Shown here: positions 39,207-51,579 of the stretch, one piece after another | How the letters are laid out: each line of letters begins with the position of its first letter | How positions within the stretch are numbered: position 1 is the stretch's first letter | Assembly (NCBI GenBank): GCA_951406725.2 | Contig: OX597823.1 | Span: 115,816,001-115,880,000, forward strand | Source of the DNA: Octopus vulgaris | Taxonomy: Eukaryota | Length of the DNA: 64,000 nucleotides | Reading direction: 5' to 3' | Made by a program: the position numbers and the translations under genes | The notes under the pieces: model-generated | Told to the model about the DNA's origin: nothing | The model's database searches: none | The model's input: only the letters and a program-made list of their open reading frames with translations

Positions 39207-39367
39207 GAAATAAAAATAGAAGAGTGCCATATCATGTGAAATTGGTCGAATGATATTTCGGCATCTTGCGTGACTTCCACAGGTCAAAATATTACATGTC
39301 GGTCGAGATGCTGAAATATCGTTCAACCAATTTCACGTGATATGGCACTCTTCTATTTTCTATTTCT
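39206..39367. repeat. Inverted repeat (~62-bp arms, ~35-nt loop) within AAT arrays
   Basis: AAAATAGAAGAGTGCCATATCATGTGAAATTGG...GCATCTTG pairs with CGAGATGC...CCAATTTCACGTGATATGGCACTCTTCTATTTT. Confidence 0.88.
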
Positions 39368-39406
39368 GTGTAACTTCTGGAGGAGTTACCTCAGTTCTGT
39401 ATAATC

Positions 39407-39475
<69 letters not shown>

Positions 39476-39599
39476 TCATTCATTGCCTACTAGGGCTGAC
39501 ATATAGGGGACAATACAGTAGACAGGGACAGTGGGGGTTTTATACAAAATGAGAAAACAATTAGGAAAACAATAACAATATACATTAAACAAGAAAAAT

Positions 39600-40160
39600 A
39601 ATGCCTCTGATGCAGTACCAAACAGTGGCTCTCATGGCTTCTGATCTTAACTGATTGGAATTTATTATCATGTATATTGTTTTGTCTTGGTATAAAAGAT
39701 GGGCTACAGCAAATATTCTGCTCAATACCACAGATTTGCTTGTCAGTTACTTGACCTTAACCAGTTGAGCATGTCCCTTGGTGGCTGACAATATGTGCAT
39801 TTCTGATCATGAGCAGAAGAAGTGGGGGAGCATCATAGCCGTGTGTTGAGAGGGATTCTTTGGGGTTTGGATGATTCACCTTTGGAAACATGGGTGGTTC
39901 ATTCAACAACCTTAAACAATCCTTATTCAGGGACCTTTTGAGCGGGATGGGTTACTCAATCTGAAGAAAATTCTAACTGGGCCCCACCTGCAAGGTCATG
40001 TGCTGTTTATCTTGATATGAGATCACCATGTCGTGCACACATGGTTGTGATGCATGTGCCTGGTGTACCCTTAGCAGACGGGTAGTCATGATGGGTATAC
40101 TGGGCTTCGTGTATTTTACCCCAATGTCACTTTGATGGCATGCACCGCTCTCTCATTCAA
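39600..40160 (+). mobile_element. Unclassified retroposon with (AAT)n tail; 5'-truncated second copy at 44133-44460
   Basis: The two copies share their 3' ~325 bp and both end CTCTCTCA(T/C)(T/C)CAAT followed by (AAT)n. Confidence 0.72.
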
Positions 40161-40173
40161 TGATAATAACAAC

Positions 40174-40212
<39 letters not shown>

Positions 40213-40669
40213 CCTTTCCACAAAAAGCACAAGGCCTGTTATTTGGGAAGAAGGGACCAGTTGATTACATTGACCCCCAGTGTATCACTGGTTCTTAATT
40301 TATTGACCCAAAAGGATAAAAGACAAAGTCAACCTCGGCAGCATTTGAACTCAGAGTGTAAAGATGGATGAAACGCCTCTAAGCATTTTGCCCAGTGTGC
40401 TAACAATTCTGCCAGCTCACTGCTTTAATAATAATAATAATAATAATAACAATAATAATAACAATAATAATAACAATAATAATAACAATAATAATAACAA
40501 TGATAATGATAATAATAATAATAATTTATAACATTAATGAAAGGCCATAAATTTATAAAGAATAGGTTTGGTTGACTGAATGGACATTCCAGTGTATTGG
40601 TTGTACACAACTTGTTGATCCTAACAAAAATTAATGACAAAACTGATTTTGACAAATTCCAGACTGAAA

Positions 40670-40822
40670 AATATATACAAAAATCAGCATTGCTTGGAAC
40701 AGCAAGACTTCTTCACAGGGTTCTTGAAGCATGACTAGTAAACAAGTGTCACCTTAGTCTGCTGGCTGGGGACAGCTGACACTTTCCATCTTAACCAGCA
40801 AAATAAGCTGTGAATTTTCATA
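40670..40822 (+). mobile_element. REL-LINE extreme 3' end
   Basis: YIQKSALLGTARLLHRVLEA* followed by a short UTR and (AAT)n. Confidence 0.68.
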
Positions 40823-40864
40823 TAATACTAATACTAATAATGATAATAATAATGATAATAATAA

Positions 40865-42332
40865 TCATCATCATCATCATTTAGCATCCGCTTTCCATGC
40901 TAGCATGGGTTGGACGGTTCAACTGGGGTCTGTGAAGCCAGAAGGCTGCACCAGGCCCGGTCTGATCTGGCAATGTTTCTACGGCTGGATGCCCTTCCTA
41001 ACGCCAACCACTCCATGAGTGTAGTGGGTGCTTTTTATGTGCCACCGGCACAGGTGCCAGATGGGGCTGGCAAACGGTCACGGTTGGATGGTGCTTTTTA
41101 TGTGCCACCAGCACGGGGGCCAGGCAAGGCTGGTTCGGCACTGGTATCACAGCTACAATTTCCATCGATGTTGATCAATTTCGATTTTGATTCTGATTCT
41201 CACTTGCCTCAACAGGTCTTCAAAAGTAGAGTTTTGTGGCCCAAGAAGGAAAGGTATGCATAAGTGGACTGGCTACATCCCATGTAGAGGCCACGGGTTA
41301 TGGTCTCACTTGTCCTGCCGGGTCTTCTCACGCACATCCATAGGTCTCGGTCTCTAGTCATTTCCTTGGTGAGACCTAAAGTTTGAAGGTCGTGCTTCAC
41401 CACCTCATCCCAGGTTTTCCTGGGTCTACCTCTTCCACAGGTTCCCTCAACCGCTAGGGTGTGGCACTTTTTCACACAACTATCTTCATCCATTCTTGCC
41501 ACATGACCATACCAGCGCAAACGTCTCTCTTGCACACCACAACTGATGCTTCTTAGGTCCAACTTTTCTCTCAAAGTACTAACACTCTGTCGAGTACGAA
41601 CACTGACATTACACATCCATCGGAGCATACTGGCTTCATTTCTTGTGAGCTTACGCATTTCCTCAGCAGTCACGGCCCATGTAGCATGGCTGTTCGTACA
41701 CATGCATCATACAGTCTGCCTTTTACTCTGAGCGAGAGGCCTTTTGTCACCAGCAGAGGTAAGAGCTCTCTGAACTTTGCCCAGGCTATTCTTACTCTAG
41801 CAGTTACACTTTCAGCACACCCGCCCCCGCTACTAGCTTGATCACCTAGGTAATGGAAACTATCAACTATTTCTAGTTTTTCTCCCTGGAATGTGGCAGA
41901 AGATGGTCTCTGTGCATTTTCAGTGTTTATTGCACTGGAGCATCTATCACATACAAAAACTATTTTCCTAGTTAGCCTTCCTTTGACATTGTTGCACCTC
42001 TTATGTGTCCATAGCTTACACTTGGTGTATCTTATAGAGTTTCTACCTACGCCTTTTCTACAGATCGAGCAGGGCCATCTACCTGAAGGCATTTGTGATT
42101 TGTCTACCTTCTTACTTATTAGGACTTTGGTTTAGCTAGATTGACTCTAAGGCCCTTCGATTCTAATCCTTGCTTCCACACCTGAAACTTCTCCTCCAGT
42201 TCTGATAGTGACTCAGCAATTAGAGCAAGGTCATCAGCATAGAGGAGCTCCCAGGGGCATCCTGTCTTGAATTCCTCCGTTATTGCCTGGAGGACTATGA
42301 TAAATAGGAGGGGGCTGAGGACTGAACCTTGG
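40865..42332 (-). mobile_element. 5'-truncated RTE-clade LINE (RT C-terminal half, Cys-rich insert, long 3'UTR, (ATG)n tail)
   Basis: QGSVLSPLLF, LLYADDL, WPCSICRKGVGRNSI...CKLWTHKRC, FHYLGD, RRLRWYGHVARM, GRGRPRKTW; frameshifted. Confidence 0.92.
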
Positions 42333-42764
42333 ATAATAATAATAATAATTATAATAATAATAATAATAATGATAATAATAATAATTTCAGATTTTGGTAC
42401 AAGGCAATTTTGGGGTTGGGTTAAGTCGATTATATCACCTTGAAAGGCAAGGTGGAATTTGAACTCAGAACATGAAGGCAGATGAAATGTTACTTAGCAT
42501 TTTGCCTGATATTCTGATAATTCTGCCAGCTTGCCACCTTAATAATGATAATCCTTTCTATAATAGGCACATGACCTGAAATTTGGGGGAAGGGGATAGC
42601 CGATTAAATTGACCCCAGTACTCAATTAGTACTTCATTTATCAGTCCTGAAAGGATGAAAGGTAAAGTTGACCTCGTCAGAATTTGAACTCAGAAACTTA
42701 GTGACAGGCGAAATATCTCTACACATTTCATCTAGCATGCTAACGATTCTGCCAGCTCACTGCC

Positions 42765-42802
<38 letters not shown>

Positions 42803-43021
42803 TAGCTGGATCTGTGAAAACTTCACAGAAAACCTAGAAAATGTAAGCATCTGTAAATTGTGTGCTGCCATGAGAAATGTTTCTATATTGAGACACCTAC
42901 AGAATGTAGAAAGAAGTGTCAAACCAATAACTATATAATCCAACCAAAATATCTCAGTTATGCAAACATAAACAGAATTATTATTTAGCCTTAAAATACA
43001 TCACACATATTCAAAGAACTG

Positions 43022-43235
43022 TTACTCTTTTACTTGTTTCAGTCATTTGATTGCGGCCATGCTGGACCACCGCCTTTAATCGAGCAACTCGACCCCGGGA
43101 CTTATTCTTTTGTAAGCCCAGTACTTATTCTATTGGTCTCTTTTGCCGAACCGCTAAGTAACGGGGACATAAACACACCAGCATCGGTTGTCAAGCAATG
43201 CTAGGGGAACAAACACAGACACACAAACATACACA

Positions 43236-43279
<44 letters not shown>

Positions 43280-43442
43280 TACGACAGGCTTCTTTTCAGT
43301 TTCTGTCTACCAAATCCACTCACAAGGCTTTGGTCGGCCTGAGGCTATAGTAGAAGACACTTGCCCAAGGTGCCACGCAGTGGGACTGAACCCGGAACCA
43401 TGTGGTTGGTAAACAAGCTACTTACCACACAGCCACTCCTGC
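43022..43442 (-). mobile_element. SINE family A
   Basis: Full reverse-complement copy; a second, interrupted copy follows at ~43470-43985. Confidence 0.88.
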
Positions 43443-43649
43443 TTCTGGTATTCTTTTATTTTTTAATTCTTTCACTTGTTTCAGTAATTTGACTGTGGTC
43501 ATGCTGGAGCACTGCTCTTTAGTCGAAGAAATCAGCCCCTGAACTTACTCCCTGTAAACCTGGTGCTTATTCTACTATCAGTCTCTTCTATGAAACAGCT
43601 AAGTTGTAGGGACACAAACACACATACATAAATATATACGTGTATATAT

Positions 43650-43875
43650 ATAATTTTTAAAATTATAAATAAGGTATCTACAAGATACCACCATGCTGAA
43701 AATAGCAGCCATGATCTGACTCTAAAACCACCTTAATTGTCCAGATCATGACTGCTATTTTCAGCGTGGTGGTATCTCGTAGATACCCTAATTTATAATT
43801 TTAATAATTATTACCTTTCAAGGTTATTTTTTCCATGCTGACCACTTGATGAAATCATTATTTTATTTTTAAATT
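43650..43875 (+). mobile_element. Fold-back element with shared 3' tail (putative inverted PLE pLTR), inserted in a SINE TA tract
   Basis: Arms at 43650-43718 and 43742-43811; the arm sequence recurs at 53921-54000, linked to a hammerhead. Confidence 0.72.
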
Positions 43876-45745
43876 AACGATCTTCTCTTTATTTATATAA
43901 ATGTATATATATATATATATTATATGATGGGCTTCTTTCAGTTTCCATCTACCAAATCCACTCATGAGGCTTTGGTCAGCCCAATACTCTTTTAAATATT
44001 GAGTTGAATTTCCTGTAGCCACCTGTTGGCAACTTTTCTCCCACCCCCAATTGTAGTAGGGGACATTACCAATTTTTTGGGGCTTTTTTCACAGTTGTAC
44101 CCCATTCAAAATTTGCATTAGTTTTTGTATACATAGCCATGTGTTGAGAGGGATTCTTTGGGGTTTGAATAATTCACCTCTGGGAACGTGGGTGTTTCGT
44201 TCAACGTCCTTAAACAACCCTTATTCAGGGACCTTTTGAGCAGGATAGGTTACTCAACCAGAAGAAAATTTTAACTGGGCTCCACCTGCAAGGTCATGTG
44301 CTGTTTATCTTGATATGAGATCACCATGTCACGCACATATGGTTGTGATGCATGTGCCTGGTGTACCCTTTTCAGACGGGTAGTCATGATGGGTATACTG
44401 GGTTTCATATATTTTTGCCCCAGTGTCACTTTGATGGCATGCACTGCTCTCTCACCCAATAATAATAATGGTAATGATAATGATAATAATAATAATAATA
44501 ATAATAATAGAAATAATAATAATAGAAATAATAATTATAATGATAATAATGGCAATGATGATGAATGACCCTGAACAATTGCTTGGTTGGTTCTTGAAAT
44601 TACTACTTCATGTTGGTGCAGGATCAGAAAGAATATGAGATGTAATGATTAGACACACACATTGAGTTCTTTATAGTTGTGTTGGTGGCAGTAGAGATGG
44701 TGGCAGAGGCAATGGTGTGCATGCCTGGAGAATAAGTGCTGGAAAAGATAATATTGTTGGGAAACAGTGTAGTAGAGCATCCTGTTGAAAGGACCATAAT
44801 ATCTGTAAGAGAAGAAAAGACGAACAATGTGGTGTAGCTGTGAAATACATAGCAAAGTTATGTAGTGTAACATATAAGATTGATTAAATAGACAGTGTTA
44901 TTCCTTGATAAAATCTTTCTATTACATGTTGTTAAATAGAAAAATGAATATTTTGGGAAAGTGGGGGAAAGAGCAGACAAATCCTTTATCTTTCCACTTT
45001 TGCTGTTTTCTTTTGAACTCTTCTATTATCATATTGGAAAAGATGCTAAGTTACAAACAAAAACACGACAAAAAAAAAAGAAATAAAGTCAGTGTTGCAG
45101 GGGGGGGGGGTAAATCCATTTCCTCCTGATAATGCCTTTGGGTCTTTAGAGGTGGAATTTTATTAAGGTTTCATAATAACATTTAATGAAATATCTTGTA
45201 GCAGATACACATTTTGGTAAGAATTTTACTGGAATTCAAAGAGACTAAAAGATTAAGCAACTTTTATGTTTTACATTGTTATCTGTCATAGTTAATAGAA
45301 TCTCGTTTAGCTTGACTTCTTCTAAATTGATGACAATCAGCGGAATGGTTAAGTTTTAGTAAGTCTTGCTTATTTTCTACACCTGCCAAGGAAAGTTCAC
45401 TGATAGAACATTTACAGAATGTCTCAGTTCCGATGTAAGAATACTTGAAATACTAATTGATTGAATAAAAGAAAATGGATGATGGCTTGCGATAACAGCT
45501 TATATAAAGCGATACACTCGTTTCAGTTTGATTGAACACTTGAAGAGCGAATGGTCAAAGTGTTATTCCCAATTAAGAAAAGATACTATTGTGTCTTGTG
45601 TGTAACAACATTTTCTTCAAACTAACTTGGACTATCTATTAGCAACAGGTTAACCAAAAGCAAAGCAAAGATGAACAGATTCTGCAAAGTAATTCAATTT
45701 TAAGCAATGCATTAAATTTATTTGTAAGGCAATTACTAGTGAGAA

Positions 45746-45784
<39 letters not shown>

Positions 45785-47489
45785 AGTGAGTGAATATACA
45801 AAATCAAAGAACACTCAACACATTTGGAATTACACGTATTTAGTAAGAGTTGGACTTAGTTTTACATTACTCAAAGTTTCGTGGGTGTAGAAAAGGTCCA
45901 TCTCATCAAATGTTTAGGGATATCTGAGGAAGTGGACGTATCCTGCACCCAAAGGTTTGCAAAATGAAAGGAAAATCTATTTCTATTGGTTTCTTTCTTT
46001 GAAGCAATTATAAAAACGAAGTGGTAGAAATAATGATTCCTAAACGAGGCTAAATATTATATGAATGTATCTCTTACTTTTTACTTGTTCTAGTTAGTGG
46101 ACTGTGGCCATGCTGGAGCACTACCTTGAAGGGGTTTAGTTGAACAAATCAATCTCAGGACTTTCAATTTCAAAACCTGGTTCTTTACTCTGTCAGCTTC
46201 TGACATGGAACTGCAAAGTTACAGAGATGTAAATAAGCTATCGCCAGTTGTTAAGTGGTGGTGGTCATGGTAACGACAAATACATACACATTATACGACA
46301 GGTTTCGTTCAGTTTCCATCTACTAAACACTGTGGTTGGCTTGAAGCTATAATAGAAGACACTTGCACAAGATGTCATATAGGGGGACTGAACCAAAAGC
46401 CATAGGGTTCAAATGCAAATATATCACATAGGCATGTCTATGCCTATATCATAATTCTATTTCATGAAATTAAAACATTTACTCTTTCAATATTCAAATA
46501 GTTTTGGATAACTAACTTTCCATATGTTTTTATTGCTCCTTTGTTTTTCATGATTAGAAAAATTATTCTTAAGCATTTTGACTGAAATTTTGTTCAAAAA
46601 TTAACGAGACAGAGGACTTCTTTACACCTGCTCAAACTAATTATTTGTGTTACAGAAAGAATGTTTTATCTACATGATTAAAAAAAACTGTATCTTCTAA
46701 ATATTTTGACTTAGAATTTATCCAGATATAACTTAGTGATTATGAAAATGAAAGTACTTCCCACATGCATGGCAGCAGTAAACCAATTATCTAATTACAA
46801 CTCACTTTCATTTAAGAGTGCTCTAGATCTTTGTTGATTATTATAACAAACAATACAGTGTTTGATTAATCTCAAATAGACACTGTGTCCACTTGTTCAG
46901 ATTATCTTAGATTAATTGGAGATAGTTTATTAGCATAATGAGTCTATTCTGATGTGTAGTGAAGTCACACAAGCTGGTGATCGGAATTTGGTTTGTACAG
47001 GTGTTAAGATATTATTTCAGTTTATCTCTACACAAATTACTTACAACATTTATCCACAAACTAATAACTATTTTTTCCTATACAAATTGTAATTTGTCAT
47101 ATTTGCGTTAATTATTTTTATTCTTTCTATCCTATCATCGTTATTGTTTTCTTTTGACAGCTAATTAGTCAGGTAATTCTCAGTCTACCCTTTCAAATAT
47201 CAGTAACATAATGTGATTGTATATCTAAATGAAACAGCTAATTGCGCTTCATTTACTAATCATATTTTGTCGCTCCAGCCTATTAAGGGAGCTGGCTTCA
47301 TAGTAATTCTTAGGCCATTAAAAAGGCAACGAAATAACACTAAAAGATGTTTGCTCTGAAACAAATTTGATCTGCAAAGGAAAGTGATAGCTCTAAATCC
47401 AGAGCAAAAGACATCAGCCTCTTGAGTAATGATGCTTCAAATAACACATGGGCTGTATATCATTTTTTTGCAATATTAGTCTCTAAAAT

Positions 47490-47940
47490 AAAGGCAGTGA
47501 ACTGACAGAGTTATAACTGCACTGGGCAAAATTCTTAGTGGCTTTTCGTCTGTCTTCGTGTTCTGAGTTCATATTCTGCAGAGGTTGACTTTATCTTTCA
47601 TTCTTTTGGGTTTGATAAAATTAGTACAAGCTGATCACTGGGATCTATTTAATTGACTAAGCCCTCCCACCAAGCTTGCTGGCTTTGTGCCAAAATTTTA
47701 AACCATTATTAGTCTCTAAAATAAAGGCAGCAAGCTGACAGAATTGTTACTACACTGGACAAAATGCTGCGAAGCATTTTGTACTTCTGTTCTGAGTTCA
47801 GATTCAGCCAAGGTCAACTTTACCTTTCATCCTTTCAGGGTCGATAAAATAAGTACCAGTTGAACATTAGAGTTGATGTAATCGACTTACCTACTCCCTG
47901 AAACTGCTGGCCTTGTACCAAAATTTGAAAGCAATATTAG
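47490..47940 (+). mobile_element. Tandem family B SINE pair
   Basis: Two copies, each preceded by TATTAGTCTCTAAAATAAAGGCAG. Confidence 0.78.
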
Positions 47941-48212
47941 TCCCTAAGATAATAATACTGCATTAAAAATATATCCTTGTTTGACCGTTACATTTTGTTA
48001 CTAGTGACAATTATTTAGATCATGGTATAAGATTATTCAGCCCTTACTCTCTACATTATTTTATGAGACAAAAGTTTCATTTAATGAAAAGTTGTTGTTG
48101 TTTGTTTCTTCTTGAGCCATGCTTGGTTCATAAGGGCCAGTTTCCCGGTTTCCTTGGCATATAGGTTGCCCACCTGGACAGGATGCCAGTCCATCACAGG
48201 AGAGTGCCTATA

Positions 48213-49090
48213 TCATCGATTTTCTGTTGTTATTCCATAGTGTTAGCGTAGCTTCCAGTGTATGTAGGTTCCAACTCTGTCATGTCTGTGAATATATTCC
48301 TTCTTAGCCAAGACTGGGCAGCTAGAGATAATATGATTTATTGTTTCTTGTCCATCTCCACATATTCTGCAGTTACTTGTAATATTTCTTTTCATTGTAT
48401 GTTTTTGGTAATTTCTGGTGGGGACGCTTTGGTCTTGTGCTGCAATTAAAAACCCTCTGTCTCTGCTTTGAGTCCTGAGCTTCTCAACCATTGCTGGGAT
48501 TTTTCTTTGTCTATTTCTTTTGTTGCATTTAGTTTAGTCCAGTATTTGCCATGAAGGGGCTTTTCTTGCCATCGTTTTATCATGGTCTGTTGCTGTTCTA
48601 GTTTTAGTTTGGATTTCATTTGTTTATAGCTTTTGTTGTTTCTTCTTCTTCTTCATATTTGTTAGGTAGTATGATTTCTTGTTTGTATTTGTCAGCTTCC
48701 TTAAATACTGAGTACAGTTTTTTGTTTTGCTCGTGTTTTTACTGCTATTTGTACCATTTTTCTTTGCTTCTGAAGTAGATATTTTTGCAGTCCTATGGTG
48801 GTTATTTTATAATAGTTTTCCAGCTGTATAAGGCCGCTACCACCTTCTATACGTTGTATATATAGTCTTTCTATGTCAGATTTTGAGTGGTGCATCCTAG
48901 ATCCTGTCATTATTTTTTTTTTGTTTTCCTGTCTATTTTGGCTAGTTTGTTTAGTGATATTGTAGCTGTAACTTATAACTGGGATGGCTAAAGTGCTAAT
49001 ACCTATTATCTTGTTTTTAGCATTGAGCTCTGTTTTTAGTATTGATCTAACTCTTCTATAGTATTCTTTCTTTGTTTTCTCTTTCATTTC
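48213..49090 (-). mobile_element. Dong/R4-clade LINE fragment (inverted copy)
   Basis: KKEYYRRVRSILKTELNAKNK...RLYIQRIEGGSGL...CRICGDGQETINHIISSC...HRHD; paralogous to 49613-50510. Confidence 0.9.
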
Positions 49091-49127
49091 ATTGTTATCC
49101 TCATCATTTATTATTATTATTATTATT

Positions 49128-49199
<72 letters not shown>

Positions 49200-49200
49200 G

Positions 49201-49291
49201 AAGTCACTGCATGAAATCGAACTTGGAATCTTGGGGTTAAGAGCACAGGCTACTAACTCCAAGATTCCAAGTTCGATTCCAGGCAGTGGCT

Positions 49292-49292
<1 letters not shown>
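49201..49292. repeat. Hairpin formed by head-to-head tRNA-derived SINE halves
   Basis: AAGTCACTGCATGAAATCGAACTTGGAATCTTGGGGTTA pairs with TAACTCCAAGATTCCAAGTTCGATTCCAGGCAGTGGCTT; B-box GTTCGATTC. Confidence 0.85.
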
Positions 49293-49331
<39 letters not shown>

Positions 49332-49409
49332 TAATAATAATAATAATAATAATAATAGTAATAATGATAATACTAATAATAATAATGATAATAATAATAA
49401 TAATAACAC

Positions 49410-51012
49410 TATTAAAGATAGTTCATGGATTTACCAAAGAAATAGATATGAAATTTGGATTAGAAAAATGCGCCAAAGTAACCATGAAAAGAGGAAAACT
49501 AGTTAAGAGTAACAACATCACACTAGATAAAACCAATGAAATAAAAGAATTAGACCAAAGCCAAACTTACAAATACTTAGGAATCCATGAACTAGATAAG
49601 ACACAACACACACAAATGAAAGAGAAAATAAAAAAAGAATATTATAGACGAGTTAGATCAATACTAAACACAGAGCTCAATGCTAAAAACAAGATAATAG
49701 GTATCAACACTTTAGCTGTCCCAGTTATAAGTTACAGCTACAATATCCTTAACTGGACACGAAATGAACTGACCAAAATAGATAGGAAAACAAGAAAAAT
49801 AATGATAGGATCTAGGATGCATCACCCAAAATCTGACATAGAAAGGCTATATATACAACGTATAGAAGGTGGTAGAGGCCTTATACAGCTGGAAAACTAC
49901 TATAAAATAACCACCATAGGACTGCAAAAATATCTACTTCAGAAGGAAGGAAAACTGATCCAGATAGCGGCAAAACACGAGCAAAATAAGAGACTGTTCT
50001 CAGTATTTAAGGAAGCTGACAAATACAAACAAGAAATCATTCCACCTAATAAACATGAAGAAGAAGAAGAAGATGAAGAAACAACAAAAGCTATAAAACA
50101 AATGAAATCCAAACTAAAAATAGAACAGCAATGAACCATGATAAAACGATGGCAAGAAAAGCCCCTTCAGGGTAAATACTGGACTAAACTAAACGCAAAA
50201 GAAATAGACAAAGAAAAATCCCAGCAATGGTTGAGAAGCTCAGGACTCAAAGCAGAAACAGAGGGATTTTTAATTGCAGCACAAGACCAAAGCCTCCCAC
50301 CAGAAATTACCAAAAACATGTAATGAAAAGAAATATTACAAGTAACTGCAGAATATGTGGAGATGGACAAGAAACAATAAATCATATTATCTCTAGCTGC
50401 CCAGTCCTGGCGAAAAAGGAATATATTCACAGACATGACAGAGTTGGAACCTACATACATTGGAAGCTATGCCAACATTATGGAATAACAACAGAAAAAA
50501 GATGGTATAGGCACACACCAGAAAAGGTCACAGAAAACGACAAAGCAACCATACTCTGGGATATGCCGATACACACAGATAGAGAAATTAAGGCTAACAG
50601 ACCAGATATAGTTGTCAGAGATCATGAAGGAAAAAATGCTTTCTAATTGATGTATCAATACTGGCAGATGACAACGTGTCTCTAAAAGAAATGGAGAAAC
50701 TCTCAAAATACAAAGACCTGGAAATAGAGGTAACTAGAATGTGGAATCTGAAAACAGAAACAATTCCTATCATAGTAGGTGCATTAGGCATGATAAAAAA
50801 ATATTCAGACAAATACATAACAAAAACACCAGGACTTACAAACACATATAACATACAGAAAATTGCACTACTAGGCACTGCACACATCCTACGCAGAACA
50901 CTTTCCATACAATAACCATCAGAGCATCACAACAAATCACAACACATACCCAAGGCACACAGAGCTGCGCTCGGTAGTGAAGTGAAAGCACGCTATAAAA
51001 ATAGAACTACTG
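49410..51012 (+). mobile_element. 5'-truncated Dong/R4-clade LINE (RT thumb, CCHC knuckle, REL endonuclease) in an (AAT)n array
   Basis: MKFGLEKCA, YKYLG, RLYIQRIEGGRGL, CRICGDGQETINHIISSC, RHD, RPDIVV..LIDVSI..KEMEKLSKY, IPIIVGALG; one stop and frameshifts; (AAT)n on both sides. Confidence 0.93.
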
Positions 51013-51085
51013 AATAATAATAATAATAATAACAAACATCAAAAAATACCATAGGAATGAGAACCCAAGTTTGAAATTTCCGCAA

Positions 51086-51131
51086 GACACCTGATGAAGG
51101 CTGGAGGGTATATCAGCTGAAACGTTGTGTT
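51086..51131 (+). ncRNA. Minimal type I hammerhead ribozyme fold (putative PLE pLTR fragment ~51035-51210)
   Basis: GACAC-CUGAUGA-A-GGCUGG..UCAGCU-GAAA-CG-UU-GUGUU; palindromic AACGUU stem III. Confidence 0.7.
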
Positions 51132-51579
51132 AACAACAAACAAGATGAGGACAAATATCTGTCAAATGTAAATAATGTAACTAATTTCTCACCGCTTAAA
51201 TATAGAACTGTACTGCATTTCATGTTGCTCCTGTCCACTCAGTTGGAAATAGTGGAAGAGCATGGCTTAGTGGTTAGGGTGTTGGACTCATGATTGTAAG
51301 ATTGTGGTTTTGGTTCCTGGACCAAGCAACACATTGTGTTCTTGAACAAAATTCTTCATTTCACATCGTTATAGTTCATGCAGCTGGCAAAAATTAATAA
51401 TACTGCGATGGACTGGTCTCTCATCCAGGTGAGGAATTCATATGCCATAGAAACTAGGAAACTGGTCCTTATGAGTCGGCATGATTCAAGAAGTAAAGAA
51501 CCTTTACTCTGTTGCAAATAGGTAACCCTGTAATGGACCGGCATTTTGGTCAGGAGCAAGTTGGTCTGCCCACCTTGCA

